This document shows positions 38,989 to 50,627 of a stretch of 64,000 nt of DNA, in pieces. Every line of letters begins with the position of its first letter. The first letter of the stretch is position 1. Source of the DNA: Camelus ferus (taxonomy: Eukaryota). The translations under genes and the position numbers were made by a program. A model generated the notes under the pieces. That model was given only the letters and a program-made list of their open reading frames with translations, ran no database searches and had not been told where the DNA came from. The stretch is from NCBI RefSeq assembly GCF_009834535.1, contig NC_045715.1:20646001-20710000 (forward strand), read 5' to 3'.

Positions 38989-39559
38989 GGCTGGGGTGTG
39001 TAATGAAGCCCCAAATTCTGGTGCTGCTTCCTGGCACTGCTTAGACTCTCAGGTTTGAGGGCTGAAGTTCTCCTCAGAAGCCAGAGTCTGTTCAGGCTCA
39101 GAACAGGTATCTGCCTGGTGTGTCCTACTCTGAATTCAGAAGTGGCTCCCCACTTCCCTGGATGGTTATGCAGCCTCAAACGTGGCAGGTGGCTTGTTTC
39201 CTTTTCAGTTTTGAGGTAAAGTTAGGCACATCCAAATTTATTAACCACCACCACAATCACCACCACCACCACACAAGATTCCGAAAGTCTCGGGATCTGA
39301 CAAAGCCTGGGTCACCCCCACAGTGTCCTCCCTGTTTTTCCGGGTTTCTTTCCCAGCAGGCAGCACCCCAAGTTTCACTCACCAAGGCCACGCCCCAAGG
39401 TGCCCCAGAAAATGGGGAGGCGGTGCTCCATCCAAGAAGGAAGGAAGGAAAGGTGGCCCCGGGTCCTAGGTGCTCCCGACTGAGGGAGTTCTGAACTGCT
39501 ATCCTAAAGGAGCTCAGGAGTAGGAAGTCTATTAGGTGGATAGGGGGAGAGCTATCCGG

Positions 39560-40030
39560 CAAACTCCAGCCAGCAGCGTTCGTCCCTTGATTCAGAGGGC
39601 TGTGAATCCTGTAAGTAGCCCCACCGGTCCCCGAGCACACAGCTGAGACTCAGCTTCAGCAAGGTCAGGTTGGAGGGTTCCTCGGAGCTCTCGGTCGAGA
39701 GGCAAAGCGCGGGCCTGCGTGGGGAGCCAGGCATCCGGGCGCTGCAGCCCCTCCCGGACCCAGCGTCGGGGCCGCGGCCTCGCGGAGCCGCCCGGAGCCA
39801 GCCGCAGAGCCCGGAAGCAGCAGCACAGGGACTACAGGGACAGACGGGGGCGGAGCCCGAAGCTCACGGGGAGGACCCTGCCGACCGACCGCCCCCCGCG
39901 CCCCCGCGCCGCTTGTGCGCGCCGTCAGAGCGCACCAGGCCGTAACACGGCGCGGAGCCGAGGTCGCTGGGGGCCAGTAAATCCAGCCTTCCATTTTCGT
40001 CGCCCAGAGGTCCCGGGACCACCAGTGTCC
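39560..40030. promoter_or_regulatory. CpG island, probable C6orf47 promoter
   Basis: Dense CpG ~0.6-1 kb upstream of the C6orf47 ATG. Limits approximate. Confidence 0.7.
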
Positions 40031-40696
40031 CCTAAACTCGCCCACTCCCATTAGTCTCCTGCCTTTGAGTTCTTCCCCGTATCCCCCACCATTCCTTCTC
40101 TTAAAGTCCAAGATTTCATTAAAGGATTTTCTGGAAAAGAAAGCTATGAGAGAAGGCTTGGGACTTGAGTAGCCCTCCGCCCATCCATGCATATTTACCT
40201 CCTAGATTTGACAACAGCGAGGTCTTCTTTTGCCTGGCACCTGGTATGAGCAGCATAAGGGAGGAGGGAGAGAGGGAAATTTGGGAAAGACAAGTATAGA
40301 CAAATAGGATGTACTTCCAGCCCTCAGTTTTCAGGTAGCAGAATGAAGAATCTTGGCTTAAAATGCAGATCTGGAAGGCCAGAATTCTGATCCCAGTTCA
40401 GCAATAGCTTACAGACTTCATAATCAGGCCCTCCTATCACACTGGCCTCTTCCTCCAAGACCCTACCCACTCTCATCATCTTTGAGCCTTCTCTGACTTC
40501 TACCACCGTGCATTGTATTTTATCACATACAGTCTCCTCCTCCAGCTGTGAGCAACCCCAAGACTGGGAGTATCTTTCATTCCTACTTTTAGTGCATAGC
40601 ACATGAACTTCTATGTGAAATCAGTGATTGAATTGGCTAGAGTGGTCAGATGATTTCTGGGGGAGGCTAGACTTGCACAGAGATGGGTAATTGCTG

Positions 40697-40904
40697 GTTC
40701 AGGGATTGAAAGAATAGGTGGTGACACAACATTGTAAACTGACTATACGTCAATAAAAATATATTTAAAACAAAGGAAAGGAAAGGAAGAAAAAGGAAAG
40801 AAAGGAAGAAAGAAAAGGAAGGAAGAAGGAAGAAGAAAGAAAAAAGAAAAAGAACGAAAAAGAAAGGGAGAGGAGAGGAAGGGAACGGAAAGGAAAGGAA
40901 AAGG
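40697..40904 (+). repeat. Short L1 3'-end fragment with tail expanded into a (GGAAA/GAA)n purine tract
   Basis: 40723-40747 is a 25-nt perfect match to the reverse complement of 345-369 (same L1 3' end), followed by AATAAA and an almost pure A/G tract at 40772-40904. Confidence 0.75.
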
Positions 40905-41082
40905 TGGGTCCCTCAAGGCAGTGGCTGGGACTAGAAGTGAACCAGACTAGCAGGAAGGTGACCCTATCATGCCACCTAGAGGAGCTGCCTCTTCTAGCTC
41001 ACGTATGTGGTCCCTAGCCTTGTTTGGCTTCCCTGCAACAGCTTCCAGAAAAGTGAATAAAACACCAAAGAGGAAAAAAAAT

Positions 41083-41088
41083 TTTATT
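41083..41088 (-). terminator. GPANK1 polyadenylation signal
   Basis: TTTATT on +, ~145 nt after the stop. Confidence 0.7.
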
Positions 41089-41231
41089 TTTTAACTCTCA
41101 GCCTCTCTCTCCCAAAGGCAGAGCCCACTGTTCAAAACCTGAGGGTCTGGGACCTGAGCAGACCTCAGGAAGTAGAAGCCAAAGTGCCCAGGCCAGAGGC
41201 TCAAGCAGACCAGGGTCAGACCTTGCCAAGG

Positions 41232-43038
41232 TCAGAACTCAAGATTCATGTATGTCCTCAAATCCCGCTCCCAGGCCCTGTCCTTCTCCTCCTGCCTTCT
41301 CTCCCTCTTCTGGCTCATTGTGGTCACCCGAGGGGTTCTCTCCCTCCCAGCCACTGCCCGGGTATCCCGAGCTGGGAAATGTGTAACTCGGGGTTGGGGT
41401 GCTGATCTGTAGCCTAATCCTTCCTGGTCCCTCTTGAGGACAGTGGGGATGGGGTTGGCACGGCCCTCACCCCGGGGCCCCAGCCCCATTCCAGGCTCCC
41501 AGCCCCCCTTCAGCAGCAGCCTGAAGCCTGGACTGGAGGTAGGCACCCCAAGGGGCTGGCTGGGGGGCCGGAGATCCTGGGACAGTGACAGCAGGTGAGC
41601 AGTGGATGTACGGTGGTTAGAGTCTCGGAAGTGGGCACCACAGGTCTCACAGTACTGGGGGGAGGGGGACTGGGACCTGTAGAGAAAGAGAAGAAAGGGT
41701 TTAGGACAGCACAAAGGTTGAGGCCTCGGGGGGTGGGGTGGGTGGCAGAATGGGACAGGGTCCTTCCAGTGTTTCTGCTGAGGAACAAATTGCTTTCCTC
41801 CCCACTTAGCAATGAGGGACTCAGAGGAGCACAGTTGGGAGAAGAGATGGTAATCAGGCCTCACAAGGCTCCCAGGCAAGGGAAAAATAAAATTGACCAC
41901 AGCTAATGTAGTCATATAGTGCTTACTACGCAACCAGCACTGTTCTGTGACTTTACATATATTAACCCATTTAATCCTCAAGACCCTATTGAGAAAGGTA
42001 CTCTTATTTCCCCCATTTCTCAGATGAGGAAACAGGCACATAGATATTAGGGTGCCCATCTAAGTACAGGATTTAAATCTAGGGAGCTTGTACAACACAG
42101 GGGATATGGCAAATATTTTGACTATAAATGGAGTATAACCTTTAAAAGTTATGAATCATTACATTGTATACCTGTAACTTATGTAATATTATGCCTGAAC
42201 TATAGTTCAATTAAAAAATTGAAAAATAAAAAGTGGAAAAGATTTTAAAATATTTAAAAAATAAACTCAGGGAACTCATGTTTATAAGCACTCTACTACA
42301 CTGCCTTATCAGCCTACACAGGGGGGCAGGGGAGAGAACCCTTCAGCTCTGTTCTGGGGCCTCTGGTGGGGAGTGGCTAGGAAGGGCAGAATACAGTGAA
42401 AGATGGGTGTGGGCTAAGGCTTCCCCTCACCAATTCTCTTGACTCCTCGTCTCTCCAGGGCTCTCTCTGACCATGCGGGCCACCTCAGGAAAGCCCGCTT
42501 CTTCTGCCAATTGAGCAGCATCCCTGCCACTCAGCTCACAGACCCCAACCCAGGCAGCCCCACGGTTCAGGAGATAGCGCACAGCTGCCTCCTGGCCGGC
42601 CCGGGCAGCACACATTAGCGGGGTCCACCAGAAGGCATCTCGAGCGTTGATATTCCCCCCAGCTCCCCCTGCCTCATGGGGATCCAACAGTCTTTTTAGT
42701 TTTGCCAGGTCCCCCTCCTGGGCTGCCCTCAGTATCCGCTGGGTCATCTTGTCTTCTGCCTCCAGGGATCTCCTTTGTCCATGTCCTCCTGATGTTCCTG
42801 CTGCAGCCTCCCTCATTGTTCTTTTCTTCCTCTTTCTCTTACTGGCAGGCTCAGGATGAGATCTCTGGGGTTCCAGGGTGCTGCTCTCATCCCCAATTAA
42901 GGCCTCGTAGAAAGCCCGGGTTGCAGCTCCATCAAGGGTGGGCTCCAGCTCTTCAGGCTGTGATTGCAGCTGCCCATCTTTCCAGAGGTCACTGGGGTCA
43001 GTGGCTGGGGTAAAGTTAATGAGGGAGGACCTGGACAT
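41232..43038 (-). CDS. GPANK1: G-patch domain and ankyrin repeats 1 (BAT4), 350 aa
   Basis: Exons 43038-42431 ([23 protein letters not shown]...; ankyrin [17 protein letters not shown]) and 41676-41232 (YCETC...H zinc finger; G-patch [31 protein letters not shown]; [14 protein letters not shown]) total 1053 nt. NAGNAG acceptor at ~43141-43147; upstream non-coding exon donor at 43965. Confidence 0.96.
41895..42090. mobile_element. MIR element in GPANK1 intron
   Basis: TAGTGCTTACTACGCAACCAGCACTGTTCT...TTTAATCCTCA...CCCCATTTCTCAGATGAGGAAACAGGCACA is typical reverse MIR. Confidence 0.75.
42105..42235 (+). mobile_element. LINE-1 3'-UTR end fragment
   Basis: GAATCATTACATTGTATACCTGTAACTTATGTAATATT...AACTATAGTTCAATTAAAAAA with A-rich tail. 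Confidence 0.65.
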
Positions 43039-43449
43039 GGCTTTTGGGAGAGCTAGGAAAATGAGACTGGGCAAGGGGAGGATGAGACAAGGAAGCCAAG
43101 CCTTTGGTGGTCCTGCAGTGACCAGAGCCACCTCCAGACACCTGCTGGGATAAGGAAAAGTATCCTTAAGAGTCAAAAATCCCCTCATACCCCAAATGTA
43201 ACCCCACAACCCAGGACTCTGCAGGGCCTGAGGGTCATAGATCTTGTGGAAAAACTGGAAACCCAACAGTAACAGACCATGTCCCTTAGTAAAGGTTAAC
43301 AAAGAAGACTCTGTAAGACAGTTGCCCAGAGCTTTTGGACTCCGCCCCCACTCCAATTCTCACCGCCAATAAATTCTGAAACTACTTTACCACCGCACAA
43401 GACATACCATTAAGAAAAACAGCCTGGCTGTTTAAATCTCCCTTGATCC

Positions 43450-45200
43450 TATTTCGGGGTAACGTCTTCCCAAATCAAAACAGACTTCTCCGGAAGCAGG
43501 AAGCAGATATCGAGGAGAGGTTCCAGTCTGCGTTGCTTTGTAGTTTCCGTACTGCAAAATGGTGCTACTCCAAGCTAAGAAGTCCACAAGTGGCCACATG
43601 ACACAATCACGCATGCGTGGCTGGGGAAAAACAACAACAACAACAACAAAACACCAAAACATTACTGAGGGCGCAGGCATGCGCAAGCGCTGGGGTGTTT
43701 CCCGCCCTGGAATCTTTCCAATAGCATACGCGAAAAGCGCCACGTGCCCAGGCAGCGCGAGGACCAAGAAGGATCCGTCGGTTGGGGCAGAGGGGTCCTG
43801 CTTTTACATAACGCCCCCACAATGCCCTTCGCCTCCCTCAACGTGGCCCCTGCTACAAGCTCATTTTCTGGACCTGGGAAACCACTCTCGCGGTTAAAAA
43901 AGGCCCCAAGGAGGCGGAGAATGCCCAGAAGCCGTGAAATGAAATAACATTACGCAGCCCCTCACCATTACTCTGACCAGGGTTCGAAGGTCACACTTAG
44001 CGCCCGCAGCAGAACGCTCTGTTCAAGCCCCAAGAGGAAATGGAGAAGTGCAAGGGGACGAGCAGCAGAATGGCTGGCGCCACCTCAGGTTAGCGCACCG
44101 GGACGTCCCGGTTCTCACACCGCTCAGCTCAACCCAGTACACCCTACCCAAGTCCCTCAACACGGAATCCAGCCTCACCTCCCACCTCAGGAGGCCGAAC
44201 CCCGGGGTGAAACATGGGCCTCGTCAGGGGTCTCTACTGGCAGGCTGACTCGGGCAAGGGGCTCGACAGGCGATAAGGAACCGGCTGGTTGGCAAGGGAT
44301 GAGGTCGATGCCCTCAGTAGCAGGATCGCGTCGGGACCTGAGGCATGCTGTATTAGGGGAACGGCTGGAAACGATTCAGCCAGCCTCGTTCCTTTCCCCG
44401 CCCCCTCTCGGCTCCAGGGTCCGAGGATCACAGGGCTGTTATTTCTCAGGCTCCCCGGTCCAGAACACGCTACTGAGCTTCCGCTTCCGGTGGCGACTCC
44501 TAGAGCCTCTCTGCGCCCCGCCCCCGAGCGTGTCCCTCAGGGGCCTCGCGACACCAGGGTCGTGCGCGGGTTATCCTGGGGTTCGTAGTTCGTCTTTCTC
44601 TAGTTTCGCCAGTTTCTCCCCACCGGGGACTCCATCTCCCGGCGTCCACGGCGGCTCCCGACTCTAGGCGCTTGCGCGTTGCCCTCTTCCCCACCCCACC
44701 CCCAGTTTCCACTCCCCCCACCCCACTTCGCCTGCCGCGGTTGGGTCCGCGGCCTGCGTTGTAGCGGTCGCCGCGGTTCCTTGGAAGTAGAAACTCCCCT
44801 CCCCTCCCCGCCCCCCGGTCCCGGTCCCCGTTCAGCCGGTGAGTCTGGGGTCGTCGCCGCTCGGTGTCTCCTGTCCCTGGGCGCGGCACATGGGGTCTCG
44901 GCGCCTTGATGTGGGGGTGGGGAAGGAAGTGACCTGGTCCGGCACCGAGGGAGGGAGGGGTGGCCTGAAGTATGGAGGCGGGATGTGGGGACTCCTGTGA
45001 AAGGGACCTGACGGCCATTGCCAGGCCTTGAGAAGAGGAGGGGCCTAGCCCTTGTTTGGAAAGGATAAACTTTGAAACGCTTGGGAGTGGGGCCAGGGAC
45101 ACGGGGAGACCTGCGGGGGTAGGCAGCCTGAGCCGCGGGGCCCTGCCGGAGCTGACACAGAGGAGACAGGCCTGGCCTTCGGGAGCGTCAGGGATGTGGG
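43450..45200. promoter_or_regulatory. Bidirectional CpG-island promoter GPANK1(-)/CSNK2B(+)
   Basis: High CpG. NRF1 motifs at 43608-43619 and 43671-43685; E-box CACGTG 43741-43746; tandem ETS CTTCCGCTTCCGG 44478-44490; CSNK2B exon 1 donor CCG|GTGAGT at 44838/9. Confidence 0.88.
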
Positions 45201-45447
45201 TAGGACTGGTGGCTGTCGGTTTCTTCCAAGTGGTAGGACCCTAAAGAATTCCTTAATCTCAGTGAGAGAAAATTGCCTGAGGTGTGAATAAGACGATGTA
45301 CAGAGACGTGCTGCAGCCTGGGATCCTTTAAAAAAGGGTGGCCCCAAATTCTTCCGCGGTTGGAGAGCAAAGTGTGGGAGGAGGGAGGATACCAGAGGCA
45401 GGAAGGGAGATCTTAGGTTTACACTTCTTTTTCTAGCTGACGTGAAG

Positions 45448-48400
45448 ATGAGCAGCTCAGAGGAGGTGTCCTGGATTTCCTGGTTCTGTGGGCTCCGTGG
45501 CAATGAATTCTTCTGTGAAGTGAGTTCTCCTCAATCTTCCTATCCATCTCCACGTATAATCTGGCCAGATATTCTCCCATTTATTCAGTTTCCACACACT
45601 TCTCTCACATGCTTCTATAGAAACTTTCTTGTTAAGGAAGAGTCTCCTCAGTAACCCCCTCGCTAACTTGTGGTGAATGGGCAAGACTGGGGCCTCAAGT
45701 CAACCCTGCCATACTCCAGCAGTATAATGTTGGCCATGTCAACCCGTGTGTTTTCTTTTTTATGTGGTACTAGTAGAACCTGTCTTTGGAGAAATAAAAT
45801 ACTGCATGTTAAAATGCTTGGTAACATGTAAAGCTGTGTGTTAACATAAGGGATTGTAATTGCCTTCAGAACCCAAGCTGTTCAGCCTCCACCTTCCTCA
45901 GAGAGCCAGCTGCCCCTAAGAGGAGGCCAAAACTGAGACCTGGAGATGGGGAGCAGGAAGAGGGACAGGGGTCTTGAAAGGAATGTCTCTCTAAGGAGGG
46001 GATTGCTGTACCTGTTTATCCTTAGAAAAGAAAAGCCAAAGGTTTTATGGGTGGTATACGTGGACTGGGGATGGAGACTCAGGTGCTTCTGCTGAGTTGG
46101 GAGTGGTGATCAAAGGGAACAGGAGCAGTTGTGTTGAGGATAAGGCATCAGTTAGGGCAACTTGCCTAGGTCAAAGCTGAGGATTCTGCTGTGGGTTCCT
46201 CTTGACTTCCATGTCCTGACAGGTGGATGAAGACTACATCCAGGACAAATTCAATCTCACTGGACTCAATGAGCAGGTGCCTCACTATCGTCAAGCTCTA
46301 GACATGATCTTGGACCTGGAGCCTGGTGAGATACCCTCAGGGTTGTTTTGTGTGTCTATGCTTCTTTTCCTCTTCAAATTCTGTTTACCTGCTTCTTGAA
46401 TTTCTAAATTTCCTTTTGGTTCTCTGATCCGATTAACCCCAAATTCTCTACTTCCATTTTGATTCCCCACTTGATTGTTGAGTGTTATGACTTATACCAC
46501 TTGTTCCCACACTCTGATCCTATAACTCAGCTCTCTTCTATAATACCAGTTTCCCCATGGGTCTGATTTTCTGTTTCTCCTGGCTGGCACCTTTCAGTCT
46601 AGAGTCTATCTTTTGTGTTGACATCTTTGTATTTATGTGTTGAGAAGGGAGTTGTGAGGGAGAGAAGGGAGCAGAAGCTGAGAGGGGCGGAGAGAAGGCA
46701 CAGTTGCCTTGGGTGGGTGGAAGGGTCAGAGGCCCAGGTTTCTGGGTCAAATGCCTGGGCTGTGGGTGGGTGAGGCTCTGAGTTGGATGCTGGGCTAACT
46801 GAGTAGCCAGCAGCCCCTGGGGGTGGGCAGAGCACCTAAAAAAGCTGTCAGACAAGTGGTTGCATTCAGCCTGGGCCATATTGCAGATGAGGAGCTGGAA
46901 GACAACCCCAACCAGAGCGACCTGATTGAGCAGGCAGCCGAAATGCTCTATGGATTGATCCACGCCCGCTACATCCTCACCAACCGTGGCATCGCCCAGA
47001 TGGTGAGGCCTCTCTACTCCCACTTGACTCCTTCAGAGGCAACAAGGGAAACAGATTCCTGCAGCAAGAAGTCACTTGTTTCAGCCTTGTCAAGGAATCT
47101 AGCTGAGAAGAGAGAAAGAACCCCTGGGCCTGGGGGTTAAAACCTGATTGAGGGTTGTGCTGAAGGGGGTGTTTACAGGGAGGGAGATGTGACCTCGGGC
47201 AGGAAATTGTAGACTGCCTCTTCCTCAGGGAACAAGCAGCGAATGGCTCTGATGGTCTGCAGCCTGTGTAACTGGAGGAAAGGAAGCAGAGGAGTCCAAG
47301 GGCCAATCTGAGCCACAGAAGGGGCCTCTGGACAGAGAGAGGCAGGAGGAGTTGGGGACAGAGTGATTTGGGTTGGGCCAAGGAGGGGAATTGCCTCTTC
47401 ACTTCGCACCTACCCACCAACCCCTTCCATTTTATTCACTTCAGTTGGAAAAGTACCAGCAGGGAGACTTTGGCTACTGTCCCCGTGTGTACTGTGAGAA
47501 CCAGCCAATGCTTCCCATCGGTGAGTGTTGGAAAAGGGAAAGGAGGGCTGTGTAAAATGGCAGGTCCACTGGGAAGGAGCTGGGGCTCAGCAAGTTGGGG
47601 CTGAGTCCGGGAGGGAGGTTGGGCAGGCTTGGGGTTGCCTGGCCTGCTGAGTCTGGCTGTCTCCCAGGCCTTTCGGACATCCCAGGTGAGGCCATGGTGA
47701 AGCTCTACTGCCCCAAGTGCATGGACGTGTACACACCCAAGTCATCGAGGCACCACCACACGGACGGCGCCTACTTCGGCACCGGTTTCCCTCACATGCT
47801 CTTCATGGTGCACCCCGAGTACCGGCCCAAGCGGCCCGCCAACCAGTTTGTGCCCAGGTGGGGAGTAGGGACAGAGTCACCAAGGGTCAAAAGCAAGGCC
47901 CAGGAGCCCCCAGAAAGAAGGGTGAACAAGTACAGGGCATGGTCCTTTCTTGAGGCCTACTTCTCCCAGAGCCATGGCTTTTCCCTGCTGAGTGACCATG
48001 GGAAAGTTGTTTGATTACCTATGTCTCAGTCCCCTTATCCATAAAATGGGGATGATGGCAATACCTGCCCAACAGCATATTTTTAAATGTGTGAATTGCT
48101 TAGAGTAATGTTTGGCAGTTGAAAAGCCGTCCTTGTCGCCATCTGCCCTCAACCTGCCAGGAAATCCTCAGAGCCACGGTTCAAGTGTGGTTTATCTTCC
48201 TGGAGCATCATTTTTACTCTGGTGTAGAGAAGGGAAGTCCAGGTTTGAAAGCTGAATAGTATTGAAATAGTTTTGAAACAAGTACTGACGTGTACACATA
48301 GACACATACGTAGACATGTGTGCATACACACACCTATGTATGTATACTGAGTTTTAACAGATATTTAAAGCACATTTTCAATATTCTTGAGGGAAGAAGT

Positions 48401-48622
48401 TTGGGAACCACTGCCCTTAAGCGCTGAGCAGGCCCATAAAGGAGCTGGGATAGGGAGGCGGGAAGGCAGGCCATTGACAGGGCCAAGATGGGGCTCACCC
48501 TGCTGCCTCTCTGACCTCTGCCCCAAACCAGGCTCTACGGTTTCAAGATTCATCCGATGGCCTACCAGCTGCAGCTCCAAGCCGCCAGCAACTTCAAGAG
48601 CCCAGTCAAGACGATTCGCTGA
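45448..48622 (+). CDS. CSNK2B: Casein kinase 2 regulatory beta subunit, 215 aa
   Basis: Exons 45448-45519, 46223-46325, 46887-47002, 47445-47520, 47668-47857, 48532-48622 total 648 nt. [39 protein letters not shown]...CPRVYC...CPKC...[12 protein letters not shown]. Confidence 0.99.
48015..48125. mobile_element. MIR fragment in CSNK2B intron 6
   Basis: TCTCAGTCCCCTTATCCATAAAATGGGGATGATGGCAATACCTGCC...GTGAATTGCTTAGAGTAATG resembles the MIR core and tail. Confidence 0.65.
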
Positions 48623-48742
48623 TTCCCCACCCTACCTGTCCCTCAGTCTTTGACACTTTCATTCCTTTGCTGCCACCCTTTCAGGAACCCTCTTTGGTTT
48701 TTAGTTTAAATTAAAGGAGTCATTATTGTGGTGGGAATATGA

Positions 48743-48748
48743 AATAAA
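48743..48748 (+). terminator. CSNK2B polyadenylation signal
   Basis: AATAAA ~120 nt after the stop. Confidence 0.8.
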
Positions 48749-49626
48749 GTGGAAGAAAAGGCCATGGGCTGGTCTGCTGGTGCTTGGGGTTGGGAAAGGG
48801 AGGGTGATGGTGTGCTGGACCCCAGGAGCCCTCCTGGCCAAGCTCACCCTCCTCAAATTGAAAACCAGCACAGATTTGTGCCCAGTGGATTTGGATGATG
48901 TTTTTAGTAGTAGAGCAAAGTTCCTAGGACTGGGTGTGGGGATGTGCAAAGATCACAAGGGAAAGACTCAGAAAAGTCAGATTTCAAAGGCTAGAGAGAT
49001 AATTTGTTCTTTTTGGGTCACCTATGGCTGTCTGTTTATACTCTAAGGGATGTAATCAACACTTTCAGTTTGGGTTTTACAGGGAAAGTGGTTTCCCAAA
49101 ACAAGACAACTGTAGGGGGTGGGGAGAGGAGGGACAGGTCCATAATTGCTGCTTTGTGGTGTCTATGCGCCCTCTACTGGGAGAGCTGAGACCTGCTCAT
49201 CTCAGAAGGATGGGGTCACTGTGTCCAAAGTTTCTCCCAGCGCAATAGGGACTGGCTCTGTTGTGTAGAGAGGATAGCACATTGTGCCAGAGACAGAAAC
49301 TAATCCATGCAGCCTTGAGGGGCGGGAGTAGATCTGTGAGGGGCAGGCAGGACAAAGGTAAACTGCTGGACTGGGGCCCAGGTATTGCCCCTGTCTGGGC
49401 GACTGCCCCTACATTCAGGAACCAGACCTTGTGGGTGAGGACATGCTGTCCCTCCTGCCAAGTTAATAGCTTCCTCCTCCAGCCAGAATCCTGCCCCAGG
49501 CGGAAATAAAGCTCTGTACCTACGGTAGCTCCTGCCCAGATTCTGCTTTGTCAAAACCACCCTGCAGCTCAGGCTCAAGGGGTATGGTCACCCCTCATGG
49601 ACTGCCCTTCTCCCCAGAATTCCATA

Positions 49627-50627
49627 ATGAAGGCCCATATGCTTGTAGGTGTGCTGGTCATGGTGGGATTCACAGTGGGAAAGGGTAAGTGGGGCCCAGG
49701 GGCAGGGAGGGAGGAAAGATTAAGTCCAGGCAGAGGGGTGGGCTGTGGCACTGGATGTGCTGGCTCCCTGAAGGGCAGGGAATTTGGAGTGGGTCAACAC
49801 CCCCATCCCTCCTGTCTGTTTCCCCAGCTCCTGTTCCTGAACTCCGGACCTGCCACCTCTGCCTCTTGGAAGATCCTTCTGTAGGATGCATTTCAGGCTC
49901 GGAGAAGTGCACTGTCAGCAGTGCATCCCCATGCATGGTGATCACCATCTATTATGGTGAGTCAAGTCCCAGGAAGGGGATACTAGCAGGACAGCCTATG
50001 GCTTAGTCTCATAGATGAGGGCTGCTTGGAGCCTGAGGTATAAGACAGGGAAGTGGAGGGGTCTGGGATTCTGGGAGCCAGTTAAGCTAATTTTTCTGGC
50101 TCCTTCTAAAGGAGTCTGGGATAGGAATTGGGTCTGGGTGAGGGATGGAGAGAGCTTGTGAAAGAGGTGCCAGGTTTGGGGACTGTGGGAGGCAGCAGGA
50201 GTCATTAGCTGTCCCCTCCCCTTTAGAGACCAAGGTTCGCTTCTTCATCCGAGGCTGTGGACAGTATAATTCTTACCGCTGCCAAGAAAAACGCTCCACC
50301 TACTTCCCAGAGTACTGGTACCAGGCTGAGTGCTGCCAGTACGACTACTGCAACTCCTGGTCCAGCCCCCAGGTCCAGGGCTCCCTGCCTGAGCCCACTG
50401 ACGGGTCCCTGCCCCGGCCCCTGTCCAAGTCCCAGATCCAGTGGTTCTACCAGGCCCTGAACCTCTCACTGCCCCTGCCCAGCTTCCATGCTGAGAAGAA
50501 GCCTGAAGGCCTGGACCCCCTGGCCGCCCCACCCCTGAACCTGAGCTTGTCCATTGCTGAGCTGCGCCGCATATACTTGTTCCTCAACAATTCAGGACTT
50601 TTGGTTCTTCCCCAGGCTGAGCCCTGA
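49627..50627 (+). CDS. LY6G5B: Lymphocyte antigen 6 family member G5B, 195 aa
   Basis: Exons 49627-49684 (signal peptide MKAHMLVGVLVMVGFTVGK), 49828-49956, 50227-50627 total 588 nt. Ten-cysteine LU domain ending ECCQYDYCN. AATAAA at 51243-51248. Confidence 0.95.

Noticed and set aside
41677-42059. N-terminal 127 aa of the 275-aa ORF 41232-42059 and of ORF 42427-43356
   Set aside because: Intronic or UTR read-through (including MIR-derived sequence) of true GPANK1 exons; the real CDS uses the splice sites given.
48288-48348. Alternating purine-pyrimidine stretch in CSNK2B intron 6 (Z-DNA candidate)
   Set aside because: Short, interrupted, decayed CA/TA microsatellite with no supporting context.
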